Source: Octopus sinensis (Eukaryota). From it: 64,000 nucleotides of DNA. Where the stretch lies: NCBI RefSeq assembly GCF_006345805.1, contig NC_043003.1, positions 106,640,001 to 106,704,000 of the forward strand. Reading direction: 5' to 3'. Of the stretch, positions 26,290 through 38,750 are shown in pieces. The notes beneath the pieces were generated by a model, which was given only the letters and a program-made list of their open reading frames with translations, had not been told where the DNA came from and ran no database searches. Positions within the stretch are counted from its first letter, which is position 1. Every line of letters starts with the position of its first letter. Both the position numbers and the translations under genes were made by a program.

Positions 26290-26670
26290 TTACTCTTTTA
26301 CTCTTTTACTTGTTTCAGTCATTTGACTGCGGCCATGCTGGAGCACCGCCTTTAGTCGAGCAAATCGACCCCGGGACTTATTCTTTGTAAGCCCAGTACT
26401 TATTCTATCGGTCTCTTTTGCCGAACCGCTAAGTGACGGGGACGTAAGCAATGCTAGGGGGACAAACACAGACACACAAACATATACACACACACTTATA
26501 TATATACATATATACGACAGGCTTCTTTCAGTTTCCGTCTACCAAATCCACTCACAAGGCATTGGTCGGCCCGGGGCTATAGCAGAAGACACTTGCCCAA
26601 GATGCCACGCAGTGGGACTGAACCATGTGGTTGGTTAGCAAGCTACTTACCACACAGCCACTCCTGCGCC
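26290..26670 (-). mobile_element. SINE family A, young subfamily
   Basis: Near-identical to 23321 copy, inverted; two short deletions. Confidence 0.94.
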
Positions 26671-26818
26671 TATATATTTGGTATTTGGTATTTTCATAAA
26701 ATATAATGCTCTGACAAAGGGTTCTTACAAGAAATTTACATTCTTCACAGTATGACTGTGTACTTAGAAGCTCACCTTGCAACCACATGGTTTCAGGTTC
26801 AGTCCCACTGCTTGGCAC

Positions 26819-26995
26819 CGGTGCTGTGGAGTCAGAGACTTGGAGTCGGAAACAATTAAGGGGTAGCTGGAGTAGAAGTCTGACTCAGTAAAATAGACCC
26901 CAATCACTTAATTACATAGAGGAGTCAGACTCAGAGTCGGAGGTGCCAATAGCAGGAGTCGGAATCGAAATTTTTGTTTCAACTCCACAGCCCTG
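26819..26995. mobile_element. hAT-type MITE (177 bp) inserted in an old SINE
   Basis: TIRs cggtgctgtggagtc and aactccacagccctg; GGAGTC subterminal repeats; 8-bp TSD cttggcac/cttggcaa. Confidence 0.85.
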
Positions 26996-27464
26996 CTTGG
27001 CAACTTGATTTTGAAGGAATTCGTTAGATGGAAACTGTGTGGAAGCCCATTGTGTGTATGTTTGTGTTTCCCTCATTCCCTACCACCACCATCACTTGAC
27101 AACCAGTAATAGTTTGTTTATGTCCCTGCAGCTTTAATGGTTTAGCAAAAGAGTCCAATAAAAATAAGTGCCAAACTTTAATAAAACAAGTCCTGCAGTG
27201 CCCCAGTATGGCCACAGTACGATGGCGGAAACAAGTAAAACGGTTCCACATGATAAATGAATTATTCTACTTTTGAAGTAATTTATAAACCACAAACTTG
27301 CAATTAACTAAGAAACATCGTCTGACGACTAATTAACAAGGCCTGACTTCAAACTGTGAGTAGTACAAACAGTGTGTGTGTGTGTGTGTGTGTGTTTGTG
27401 TGTGCATGGGAAACTGTAATTGCAAAGTGCATGTAAGTGTACAAGCAAACACACACACCTTATA

Positions 27465-28165
27465 TTTTACTTGTTTTAGTCATTATATTGTGGCCATGCT
27501 GGGGCAAGAATTTTTAGTCAAATGAATAGACACCAGTAGTTTTTTAAGCCTAGTACTTATTCTATCAGTCAGTTTTGCTGAATCGCTAAGTTATGAGGAT
27601 GTAAACACACCAACACCAGTTGCCAAGCAGTGGCGGAGAACAAATACAGACACAAACACACACAATGAGCTTCTTTCAGTTTCTCTCTACCAAATCCACT
27701 TTTAAAACTTTGGTTGGCCTGGGGTTATGGTAGAAGATGCCTGCTCAAGGTGTCACACAGTGGGACTGAACCCAGAACTATATATATATATATATATATA
27801 TACTCTTTTTATTCTATTACTGGTTTCAGTCAGTTGACTGCGGACATGCTGGAGCACCACTTCTAGTCGAAGAAATCGACCCCAAGTTTTATTCTTTGTA
27901 AACCTAGTACTTATTCTATTGATCTCTATTGCCAAACTGCTAAGTTATGGGGATGTAAACACACCAACATTGGTTGTCAAGCGATGGTGGGGAGACAAAC
28001 ACAAAGACACACACACATAAGTATATACACGTGCTTCTTTCAGTTTCCGTCTACCAAATCCACTCACAAGGCTTTGGTCGGTCTGAGGCTATAGTGTCAC
28101 ACAGTAGGATTGAACCTGGAACCATGTGGTTGGGAAGCAAGCTTCTTACCACACAGCCACCCCTA
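27465..28165 (-). mobile_element. Two tandem older SINE family A copies
   Basis: About 27465-27775 and 27800-28165, separated by (TA)n. Confidence 0.82.
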
Positions 28166-28936
28166 CACCTATATATATATATATATTATAAGTAGGTGTA
28201 AGTGTGCACACATAAAGCTTACATGTATTGAGAGAGAAAGACAGACAGGAGCCAACTCTCTCCAACAGTGCATCAAATATAAACAAAGAAGAGATATCTC
28301 AAATCAATAAATGTGTTTGTATTATTAGACAAAGTAGGTGAATCAACTCTCAGCCATTACTAATATTCTATACGAGACAAAAAGCTAAAAAGCTTCATTG
28401 CAGACACAAAAAATGCTAACTAAAACAATGAAAGGAAAAGAGAGAGAGAGAGAGGGGGTGGAGAAAGAGAGAGAGAAAGTGTGTGGGTGAAGATGATAAC
28501 ATCCACAAACTGAATTATAATTTACAAGAAACAGCAAGAGAGAAATAATTGCTCTTTTTGAAAAAGGCTGGTGTCAATGTCAGTTCTAGAACTGACCATT
28601 TAAGATATCCACATTTATGGAGAAAAAAAAACCCCAACTAATTGACCACTTATAACTAGAATGTGTTGTTTATATTTCTGTTTTTTCTGCTTCTCACTAT
28701 TTTATATGAATTTCCACATAATTGCATTGATGGTGGCAATTTTCTTCTTTACAGCAAATTGTTTTTGAGGCAACTAACCAAAAGTTCAACAATTTGCGTG
28801 CTCTCGTTTGTATTGCATTGTATCTGGTCAGAAGACTTAACTCTTAAAAAGCCCAGCCCTAGCAAGCTGTAATCAGAGTCAGAGATCATTGTTCGAGGCA
28901 ACATGGCAAATCCCATTTTGATAAGGTTTGGTAGAT

Positions 28937-29562
28937 ATTCTTTTCTACTCTAGGCACAAGGCCCGAAATTTGGGGGGAGGGGCATCAGTCAATTACATCG
29001 ACCCCAGTATGCAACTGGTACTTAACCCTTTCATTACCAACCCGGCTGAAACCGGCTCTGGCTCTTTAGTACAAATGTCTGGTTTTCAAAAGTTCTGAAT
29101 TAAAACCTTCCACCAAACCTTAGTCACAATTTATGTCCCTAACTCTAGCTTAATGATAACGATGTTATTTTACTTAATTCTTTGTTATATTTAACATAAT
29201 TGGAAGAAACACAGAGCATCTCAAAATAAATTCAGTAACGATAGGGTTAATTTAGCGACCCCGAAAGGATGAAAGGCAAAGTCGACCTCGGCGGAAATTG
29301 AACACAGAATGTAAAGACAGACGAAATACCTATTTCTTTACTACCCACAAGGGGCTAAACACAGAGAGAACAAACAAGGACAGACAAATGGATTAAGTCG
29401 ATTATATCAACCCCAGTGCGTAACTGGTACTTATTTTATCGACCCCGAAAGGATGAAAGGCTTAGTTGACCTCGGCGGAATTTGAACTCAGAATGTAAAG
29501 ACAGACGAAATACCATTAAGCATTTCGCCCGGTGTGCTAACGATTCTGCCAGCTCGCTGCCT
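28937..29562 (-). mobile_element. Family B SINE dimer with a nested piggyBac MITE
   Basis: Full unit 29331-29562 joined at gaaatacc|tatttc to a headless unit 28937-29330 with a different tail. Confidence 0.9.
29026..29246 (+). mobile_element. piggyBac-type MITE family 1 inserted at the TTAA of the SINE central domain
   Basis: ggtac TTAA|ccctttcattac...gtaacgataggg|TTAA tttagcgacc; the host reads through when the insert is removed. Confidence 0.93.
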
Positions 29563-29859
29563 TGTAGATTTCAACGTGCTAAATTACATCAACCAATGTG
29601 GTCTTCTGCTTTTTCTTTTAAGGATAGTGGTGTGTGATTTGAGCTGCTATTTCTAACAGATCTAACAACCACATATAGGCTCCTTCATTGGCTCAATATT
29701 CTGTTGAATCAGCTAATATGGAACTCTTGTACTACGCAAAGAGCAGAAAACTAGCAGAACAGGAAAGACAACAGATGAATAACTCATCATCAGGAAGTTA
29801 CTGTTTCAATCCTATGACTGACAGGGTCAGTTACCTGATTTCCAGGGTATATAAGGGAC

Positions 29860-30050
29860 CACGATTACAAAATTCCATCCAAACAGGGTGCCAGTCCACC
29901 CCAGGGTTACTCATTTACAGCTGAGTGCACTGAGCCAACGTGAAATGAAGTGTTTTGCTCAAGATCAAAACACATCACCCAGTCCAGGAATTGAAACCAT
30001 GGTCTTGTGATCATGAGTGCAACACCTTAACCACTAAGCCACATGCCATC
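29860..30050 (-). mobile_element. SINE family D (tRNA head plus CORE/Meta-like domain)
   Basis: gtgaaatgaagtgttttgctcaag...aaccactaagccac also at 48150-48402, 61840-62085, 30860-31140 (+) and 25030-25160 (+). Confidence 0.75.
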
Positions 30051-30183
30051 AGGACAACTCCGCTGACTAAAAGGTCATATTTGATATAAGCATTTCACGG
30101 TATCAGAGAAGGACAATTCCATATAAACCAGCTCACCTGGCTGAATGAAATAAGGAATGTATTTTCTTCTGTTACCTGTAATA

Positions 30184-30617
30184 GGCACAGGTATGGCCGA
30201 GTGGTAACAAGTTGGCTTCCCAACCACATGGTTTTGGGTTCAGTCTCCCTGCGGCCATACTGGAGCACCACCTTTCGTTGAGCAAATCAACCCCAGGACT
30301 AGTAAGCCTAGTACTTATTCTAACGGTCTCTTTTGCCGAACCGCTAAGTTACGGGGACGTAAACACACCAGCATTGGTGTCAAGCGATGTTGGGGGGACA
30401 AACACAGACACACAAACACACACATACATATATATATATATACATACATATACACAACGGGCTTCTTTCAGTTTCCGTCTATCAAATCCACTCACAAGGC
30501 TTTGGTTGGCCCGAGGCTATAGTAAAAAACACTTGCCCAAGGTTCCACGCAGTGGGACTGAACCCGGAACCATGTAATTTGTAAGCAAGCGACTCACCAC
30601 ACAGCCACTCCTATGCC
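30184..30617. mobile_element. Fused SINE family A: plus-strand head joined to a minus-strand copy
   Basis: Plus head 30184-30254 switches at ctgcgg into the reverse complement of the family 3' end. Confidence 0.8.
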
Positions 30618-31923
30618 TATTAAATTTTCACGTTTCACTGCCAGTTCCATAAGTAGTTTAAGGATATTATAAGCTGGTTAATTTTAACCCTTTATACTAA
30701 TCCACTTGAAATTATGTTCGGTTCTATTATACAAAACAACTACTTTTTTTTTTAAATGTACATATTAAAATGAAGCATCTCACCAGAATTATATGGAAGA
30801 GCTTTTTTGTTAAATTATATTCCGTACATAATTTAATAAGCTTGATAATGCGAAAGCACATGGCCTAGTGGTTATGGTATTGCACTCACAATCTAGTGAT
30901 CATATGTTCAATTCTTGGACAGAGCAGCACATTGTATTCTCGGGCAAAACACTTCATTCCACACTGATTCAGTCCACTCAGCTGTTAAACGGGCAAACTC
31001 TACGATGGACTAAGCTTCTGATCGGGGGAACAGACACTGGCCTGCTCAACAAGCCAGTGAGGCGGCATCACTCAAAAAGCTAAAAAATGATGCAAAGCGC
31101 ATTGTGACCAGCGATGTATAACAACATCTGATAGGTTGATCGATCATGTGATACCAGCTTGATGATACTAAAGTTAGTTCTATCATAAAATTCCTCCAAA
31201 TGCACGAGTATTTTCATAAATTAAAGGAAGGACATAGGCAATATAATTCCTGGTCACAAAAACATCAAGGTGAGAACTTATTCTGAGTTAATATGTCGAA
31301 ACAAGATAAATCTGTTTTGTATAAATGCATCACTATGTTTTTAAACTATTGCCTAATACACAAATAACTCACACAAGTTAGAGCTATTTGCCAAACGTGC
31401 TAATGAATAAATTTATTTTGCTAAGTATTTTGTATGTGAATATTTTATTCCATCCAATTATTTTTATAATTGTTCACTGAAACGGGAAAAAAAAAAAAAG
31501 AAAATTGTAGACAAATTGCACTTATTCTTGTTTTCTCTTCTTCTTCTAACTTTGAAAATTCTCATTTAACAGAAAAAAGTATATTAAATTTCAAATTCAA
31601 TGTGGAGGAAACTGCTAAACAGAATTGGAATTGCTGAGCTTGTGAAAAATTTGGAAAATTGGGGCTAAAAAACTATAGTGCATAAATTGATTTTGAAATT
31701 AAAATAATAAAAAAGATAATGTAAAAATAACTTTTTTTTATGAGATAAAAATAACATAGTATTTAAAAGCAAAAAGTTTTTTAACAAAAAGTTTAGAAAG
31801 AACAGAAAATGTCAAGTTTTTTTTTGTTTTTTATTTACTAGATTAATCCAATGAAAATTAAATTTCCTCTTTCAGAAGTTTTAATATGGTGAGTATGGGT
31901 GTAAGTACAGATACACACACACA

Positions 31924-32048
31924 TCATCATCATCATCACCACTGTTTAACGTCTGCTTTCCATGCTAGCATGGGTTGGACAGTTTGACTGAGGGCTGGTG
32001 AACCAGATGGCTGCACCAGGCTCCAGTCTTGATCTGGCAGAGTTTCTA
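31924..32048 (-). mobile_element. RTE-type 3' end fragment
   Basis: catcatcat...tttaacgtctgctttccatgctagcatggg. Confidence 0.85.
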
Positions 32049-32065
32049 CATATATATATATATAT

Positions 32066-32425
32066 GATGGACCGTTAGCTCCTACATGCATTTTTTTCTC
32101 TCCTTGTTTCTTTTCTATTGATTGATTGATTGATTCTAGTTTCAGCTCATGAGCTGTGGCCATGCTGGGGCACCGAGGAACTTGGGCCTCATGAACAACA
32201 TGATCTGCAACGAGTGGCAAGATGCTGGAGCAGACTTATCTAAACCATTCTAGATTAGGAAAACAGGATGTAAAATTATGTCGAAGAGCGTAGGCTCGAA
32301 ACGTAAAAGACTTGTTCTATTTCTATTCCTGAGCGCCATACTAATACATTTGCTTGTTTGTACTTCACCTGCCTTTATCTGTTGTTTATTTTCGTAAACC
32401 TTCCCGTTATATATATATATATATA
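32066..32425 (+). mobile_element. Penelope-like terminal fragment, interrupted
   Basis: tcgaagagcgtaggctcgaaacgta (hammerhead-like core variant) then a pyrimidine-rich stretch ending in (TA)n; pieces at about 32066-32116 and 32281-32425. Confidence 0.6.
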
Positions 32426-32577
32426 TGTATGTATATACACACATATATATATGAGGGAAAGAGGTCACTATCATAATTTTACATCCTGTTTTCCTAATCT
32501 AGAATGGTTTAGATAAGTCTGCTCCAGCATCTTGCCACTCGTTGCAGATCATGTTGTTCATGAGGCCCAAGTTCCTC
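32175..32577. repeat. Perfect 106-bp inverted repeat (32175-32280 and 32472-32577)
   Basis: Read base by base; no mismatch found. Confidence 0.95.
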
Positions 32578-32589
32578 AAATAAGACCCC

Positions 32590-32940
32590 ACCACTTCTTC
32601 CATTTCTACATGTTCCTTTCACTTGGATAGTAACATTTGCATCACATATCCACACCAATACAGTCTTCCCTTTTGCAAATAGTTGATTCCTCCTAATGCT
32701 TTGCTTTCCATCACAGATTACACATTCAGCAAAGCATATTCACCTCATCTGTTTCCCACCTTCACATGGCCTTTGCATTCACAGCCCAGATCTTGCTACC
32801 ATGCAGCATTACACTTCATGCACAAGTATCATACAACTTGCCATTCACTCAGAGATAGAAGCCATTTGTTGCCAAGTTCTCAGGACATTTTCTACCTCAT
32901 CATTTCTTTGGCTGCTCTGGTTCCAAGATGACTACCTCTA
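32590..32940 (-). pseudogene. RTE-clade LINE ORF2 C-terminal fragment
   Basis: Remnants NGKLYDTC, SVMLHGSKIWAV, VNMLC, WCGYVMQM resemble RTE ...LYGSETW...RLRWFGHVxRM. Confidence 0.82.
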
Positions 32941-33150
32941 CAGATCATTAGGTCACCTACTTTTAGCAAACCTTGCAGGCAGCTGAAAGATTTAATTTCT
33001 TAGTAGCTCTCATTGTTAACCTTTCTTGCATGTGTATTATATGCAAAGTCCTGTGCTACCTGCTTGCATACATGATATATTTTTGCATCTTCAGGATAGC
33101 AAGAGTTCTACTAATTGTCCAAGCTAACTGAAGTGCAATGTAGAATTTAA

Positions 33151-33371
33151 CCCTTTGGTGTTTAAGCCGGCCATATCCGGCCCAAATATCCTACATGTTT
33201 TACATTCAAACTGGCCATATCTGGCCCCTCACACCTAACCTACACTGGCATTCTAAGAATAAACTATCACACCATTGAAACTTCAAAGCTGTAAGATGAT
33301 GTATGATTAATTCAAAACAATTTGAGTGAAAAAAGTATTACATTTAACAGAGTAATCTGAACACTAAAGGG
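33151..33371 (+). mobile_element. piggyBac-type MITE family 2
   Basis: TTAA|ccctttggtgttt...gaacactaaaggg|TTAA. Confidence 0.88.
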
Positions 33372-35116
33372 TTAAATTACTGTAATAATCTCTCATTTAT
33401 CTATGAATTGTTAATGATATTTCAGAAGAAATTTATTCTCAAGAACATATCGATGTTGTTTACTATTTACTAATAAATCAAAATGCAGAAAACACAGAGT
33501 GACATTAAAACAGAACTGGCAAAAAGTACTAAGTTTCTGTCTAGACACTGCTATGTACCTCACTCTGTGCTGAATACTAGTGCTTCAAATAACTTATCAT
33601 AATATGTAACAGCACAAATGTGTTCCAGCCATGACCATTTGGTCGGTATATATACATATGCATCATTTAATGAGAAGCACCTCTCTGTTAGAATCAAACA
33701 ACTTCAGATTTTTCTGATGGATCCCCAAGTGTGACCAACAGACCATGGATATAATCCAACCGTCTTTTAGTCTACCCCTAGGTCTCCGGCTGGTTAGCTC
33801 CACTTGAAGAAGCTATCTTGTGATTCTTTCATATGACATTCTAATTTTATGTCTGTAGTAATGGGTCTGTAGCCTATCAATGTGCATATGTGGTGGCCTG
33901 ATCTGGAGAGACACTTGAATCACTGAGTTTCACACCTTGTCAAGTAACATTACTCCAAAGATCCTTCAGATACAAACATTTCATAAAAATATTTCCTTTT
34001 AATTGTCAAATCCTAAAAGTCTGATGTTCAGGATATAAAGATCCAAACGTTGTGTTTTTAAAAACTTTACGTGACAAAAATAAGAAGGTATTTTGGAAAA
34101 AATAAAAATTTAAAAAATACTTTTCTTGAGCAGTTATTCTACTGTGATAACAATGGTAGTGCCCCAGCATGGCCACAGCCTTTGAGTTGGAACACAAAGG
34201 AATAAGGGAACACAGTAAAACTGAGTTTATATAACATTATCAAAACCTAATTCATTTGCTGGTAAAAAAAAAAGTCTGAACTTTACTGGCGTTGACAGTA
34301 AGAGTGCATCTGCTGTGTAAAGTTTAAAGGCCACAAGAACACAATTATTTATTTGAATGTTTTCAAAAGAGAAAATGTATGAATGGAGATGTACATCTGT
34401 CCCATGACAAGATCAAAAGACCAAATATATAATAGAAGATATAAAGGCACAGAACACAGAGATTCCAGTGTTTGAAACTTAGAAATCCAAAGAAAAAAAA
34501 GTTATGGGGTGGGGGGTACATGATTCATCAATTTTGAAGGAAGCTAAGATAGATTTTTCTTTTTATATATATTTTGTTATTGCTGGTTACATTTTTCACT
34601 ACATTCTATCTTCCCTAAAGGAAGACCTGATACCATATTACACTCAAAATATACTTTCTCCAGTTTGGTGGTTGCAAACTTGTGTTCAAGAATTGTCGTG
34701 GCCTGATCAAAGTCCTACACACGTCATCGGGCTATGACCGACCATTTTTGTGATAGGTCTTACTCTTTTTAAAGCAACGCCTGTGCATGATCACTTTTTT
34801 TATAGTAGGAAAAGGATTTGTACAAATCCAATCCCACTCTCTGAACATGGACAGCAAACTCGAAAAGAAGAACTATTGTCAGAGTCGCAGGGTTTTCTCT
34901 CAGAGTTTCCCTCTCTAGAGAGATGTTACAACAGAAGGGGCCTCCCATTCCCAGTGGGCCAATATGTACATATATAGTTGGATGGTCATTGACTGCTCAT
35001 GAGCTCCTCTGCCCTCTGACAGGTCTTATTTTTCGTCCTGCAGAGTGTCCAACAATCACCCTCTTCACTGAGCAAGCTTGATGGGGTTGCCAGTTTAGTC
35101 CCCTAGCACCCAAGAG

Positions 35117-35193
35117 CAACCTGACATATATGTCACACGCTGATGAAGGGTCAATATCCAGAAACCCGGGTCCATGTGTATCACGTCAGGTTG
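35117..35193 (+). ncRNA. Minimal type I hammerhead ribozyme motif (activity unknown)
   Basis: CTGATGA 35140-35146; stem II GGG/TCC; GAAA 35161-35164; palindromic stem III ACCCGGGT; GTC cleavage triplet; stem I CACACG/CATGTG plus distal CAACCTGAC/GTCAGGTTG. Confidence 0.75.
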
Positions 35194-35343
35194 GAGATGA
35201 GAATGATGACTTCCCTTTGCAAATACTGACAGGGCACAGAAAGTGTGTCAATAGCCAGCTGGAAGAGATGTCTTCCTGGGGCTACAAGGTACAGTAGCAT
35301 CCACCCTTAGTGGTTAACCACATTTAGGTGGCAAATATACTTC

Positions 35344-35384
<41 letters not shown>

Positions 35385-35390
35385 ACACAC

Positions 35391-35552
35391 AACGGGTGTC
35401 TTTCAGTTTCCGTCTACCAAATCCACTCACAAGGCATTGGTCGGCCCGGGGCTATAGCAGAAGACACTTGCCCAAGGTACCATGCAGTAGGATTGAACCC
35501 GGAACCATGTGGTTGGTAAGCAAGCTACTTACCACACAGCCACTCCTGTGCC
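35391..35552 (-). mobile_element. SINE family A 5' half, young subfamily
   Basis: Head and 5' body adjoining (TA)n. Confidence 0.9.
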
Positions 35553-35699
35553 TATATATAATATATATATCTCCACCCTTTGGCAAAACCAGTGTACAAG
35601 GTGTTTGGGTTAGATTTGTCTCCTTTCCACAGGAACAGCCTGATTTATTGGTGAACAGTCAATAGCATTGGAGAGCAAAGAGTTTAAACAAGTTGTAGT

Positions 35700-36290
35700 T
35701 GAGAGAAAGCTGAGATGGAGGACTGGAAGCCATGTGAATATATTGGGAAAGTGTTACTCGTATCATGGTGATTCACAGTGGGTATCAAAATGCCAATGTC
35801 ATGACAGCTGCAAAATGGTCAGTGGACACTGGAAAGGTTGTTAAGACATAACATGGACAGCTGTAATAGAGACTAGGAAGCCATGGCCAGCAAGGAACTG
35901 ACCCAGCAGGCGTTCTGACTGCAGCCATATGATGGAATTCATCCTCACATCTTTGAACAAGGCTTTAGGCTCAATTCAGATGGCCATATGAAGATGCTGA
36001 AGACTAGTGAAATCCTGGCAGGAGAGGATTGCTGCTGGGTGGTCATATGTGTGGCAGCAGGGTTCTGTTCCATGCCATACGTCCAGAAGAGTCAGAAGGG
36101 GTTGTTGGAGAATTTCTACAATTCTATCAGCCCCAATTTCTGACCTGCTTCCCCTAATTGTAATCCCATGGTTGCAAATGACACCAACAACTCTGCCTGC
36201 AACACCATGGCCAAGATCATGGAGGTGCTTGAAGGTCTTCTCGGAAACGGCAAGGAATCATTTCCTCACCGTATTTCAGTAAATTGTATT
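35700..36290 (+). pseudogene. Decayed Tc1/mariner-superfamily transposase, probably maT/DD37D-like
   Basis: Remnants PHIFEQGFRLNSDG, YVWQQGSVPCHTSRR (WQQDSAPAH-like), ENFY, PASPNCNPM (SPDLNPLD-like); TIRs not found. Confidence 0.72.
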
Positions 36291-36427
36291 TCAATCAATC
36301 ATTTAATTGTCCATGTAACTAATTAAGAGAATCTTCTGCTGTATCTATCGCAGATACTTATTTATGAGGACTAATCTATTGATAATCAGCAATAAGGCTG
36401 AGAGAATATGCCTTAGGGAAGCCTTCT

Positions 36428-36844
36428 TATTTCTTTACTGCCCACAAGGGGGGCTAAACACAGAGGGGACAAACAAGGACAGACAAATGGATTAAGTCGA
36501 TTACATCGACCCCAGTGCGTAACTGGTACTTAATTTATCGATCCCGAAAGGATGAAAGGCAAAATCGACCTCAGCGGATTTGAATTCAGAACGTAAAGAC
36601 AGATGAAATACCTATTTCTTTACTACCCACAAGGGGCTAAACATAGACGGGACAAACAAGGACAGACAAATGGATTAAGTCGATTACATCGACCCCAGTG
36701 TGTAACTGGTACTTAATTTATCGACCCTGAAAGGATGAAAGGCAAAGTCGACCTCGGCGGAATTTGAACTCAGAACGTAACAGCTGACGAAATACTGCTA
36801 AACATTTCGCCCAGTGTGCTAACGATTCTGCCAGCTCGCCGCCT
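36428..36844 (-). mobile_element. Family B SINE tandem dimer
   Basis: Full unit 36613-36844 plus headless unit 36428-36612, junction gaaatacc|tatttc. Confidence 0.92.
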
Positions 36845-37689
36845 TAAGGAAGCATTCTGCTATACTAAAGTCAGACACAGCAAGGTTTCATATATGCAAT
36901 ATAGTGAGGAGAAGAAGAAGAACAGAGTAACTGAGATTATTGATACAATCAGTAAACAAAATCTTAGTCTGGGATGTTTAAAATCTAAAAACAACAATCA
37001 AGGAAGATAATTCCAGTAATGTTAGTCAACTGGAATATTTGGATAATAAAGACAACATAGTCAGAAGGCAGCAAGCTGGCAGAATGAAGCATGTCAGACA
37101 ACATGCTTAGCAGTGCTTATTTTGGCGCTTTGTGTTTTCAATTTAAATACTGCCGAGGGCAACTTTGCTTTCCATCCTTTTAGGGTGATTTAATAAAGCA
37201 CCACCAGTCAATTAGTAAGGTCAATGTAATCAACTTGTCCCCTTCCCCTCGAAAGTTGCTGGCTTTGAGTCCTGTGACAGACTGGTGTCCCATTCAGAAT
37301 GAGTCGTGCAATCTCGGTCACTTGGAAACTGATTAACCATTTTATGGGTCCAAGGGCGGAAGATGGAGAAAAACAGACGGGAGTCAATCTTGTCATTGAA
37401 CCCAATTGCTATCTTAGTTATAGACATAATGGAGTTCAAAACATTGTCAAGCTGTCTGCAGAAAAGGTTTAGCAGTTTGTCTTATCAGACATACAACTAA
37501 GCTAATTGTGAATCACTTAAATGTCTCTAGACTTACATTGAGTCCTACCTACATCAGACAAGTTTTTATGAAATGAGATGACTCAATGTTACCAGATAAG
37601 GTCATAGCCACAATTCAATTTATACATCTAAAGCCGAGACAGACTTTTAGGAACAAGTGTTTAGTTCCTGTTGAAATAATGAAAAGGCA

Positions 37690-37960
37690 CAGGCATAGCT
37701 GTGTGGTTAAGAAGTTCCCTATGCGAGCATGTGGTTTCAAGTTCAATCCCACTGCATGGCCCCTTAGGCGCCTTCTACTATATCCTCAGACTGACCAATG
37801 CCTTCTGAGGGAATTTGGTAGATGGAAACTGTGGAATCCCACCATGTGTGTGTACCTTTTTGTACCTGTGTTTGTTTTTTCCTACTGCCACTTGACCACT
37901 GGTGTTAGTTTGTTATTTCCCTTTCACTCAGCAGTTTTGCAAAAGAGACCCTATAACATT
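37690..37960 (+). mobile_element. Old SINE family A-related copy
   Basis: Diverged head and body. Confidence 0.7.
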
Positions 37961-38569
37961 CCAAGACCTAAATTAGATTTCTCACAGCTGTTAAACAGGG
38001 GGCAAAGTGGGATCAGTTTTACTTGAAAGTGGATTTTAACTTACAATCTATATTTTAGTCTGGTGACAGGCTGAAACAAAAATTTGTAAATATTAAACAT
38101 TCAATGCAGAATAAATTAATCTGCTCCAAAGCAAACACTTCCTTATTTCCTGAGTATTACATTAGAATTTATTCTGGTTTTACTCCCGTCAAACTAAATC
38201 TAAGTCTCTTTTTCAACCAGTTTTTAATCTTATCCACTCATTCTACAGCGTTGAACTGAGATATCTATGATATGACCTTAAGTTTTGATATGTCCAAACA
38301 CAACCCCACCGTATTACTGAGATACAGGGAAACAGACTGACAACTTGTGTAAGCACACAAGCACACCAAGCTATGGCTTTATGATTCTAATTACATTTCA
38401 GACAAGACTTCTCTCCGTGACCAATTAAAACAAATTCTGAAAGTATAATACAACTATCTATATCAATGGTTCCAAACTTGGGGTCTGCAGAGCACTGGTA
38501 GTCAGCAAAGGTAGTACTGAGGGTCTATGAACTAAATTCAAAATTTCATTGCAAAAATCCCAAATTTAC

Positions 38570-38687
38570 GTGTATATATATATATATATATACGTATAGA
38601 TGTAAGTATGTAGATATACATATGTATATAGCATATATATATATATATACGTATAGATGTAAGTATGTAGATATACATATGTATATA

Positions 38688-38728
<41 letters not shown>

Positions 38729-38750
38729 TATATATATATAATATTTGTAT
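38570..38750. repeat. (TA)-rich microsatellite with a ~56-bp tandem duplication
   Basis: cgtatagatgtaagtatgtagatatacatatgtatata occurs twice. Confidence 0.9.
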
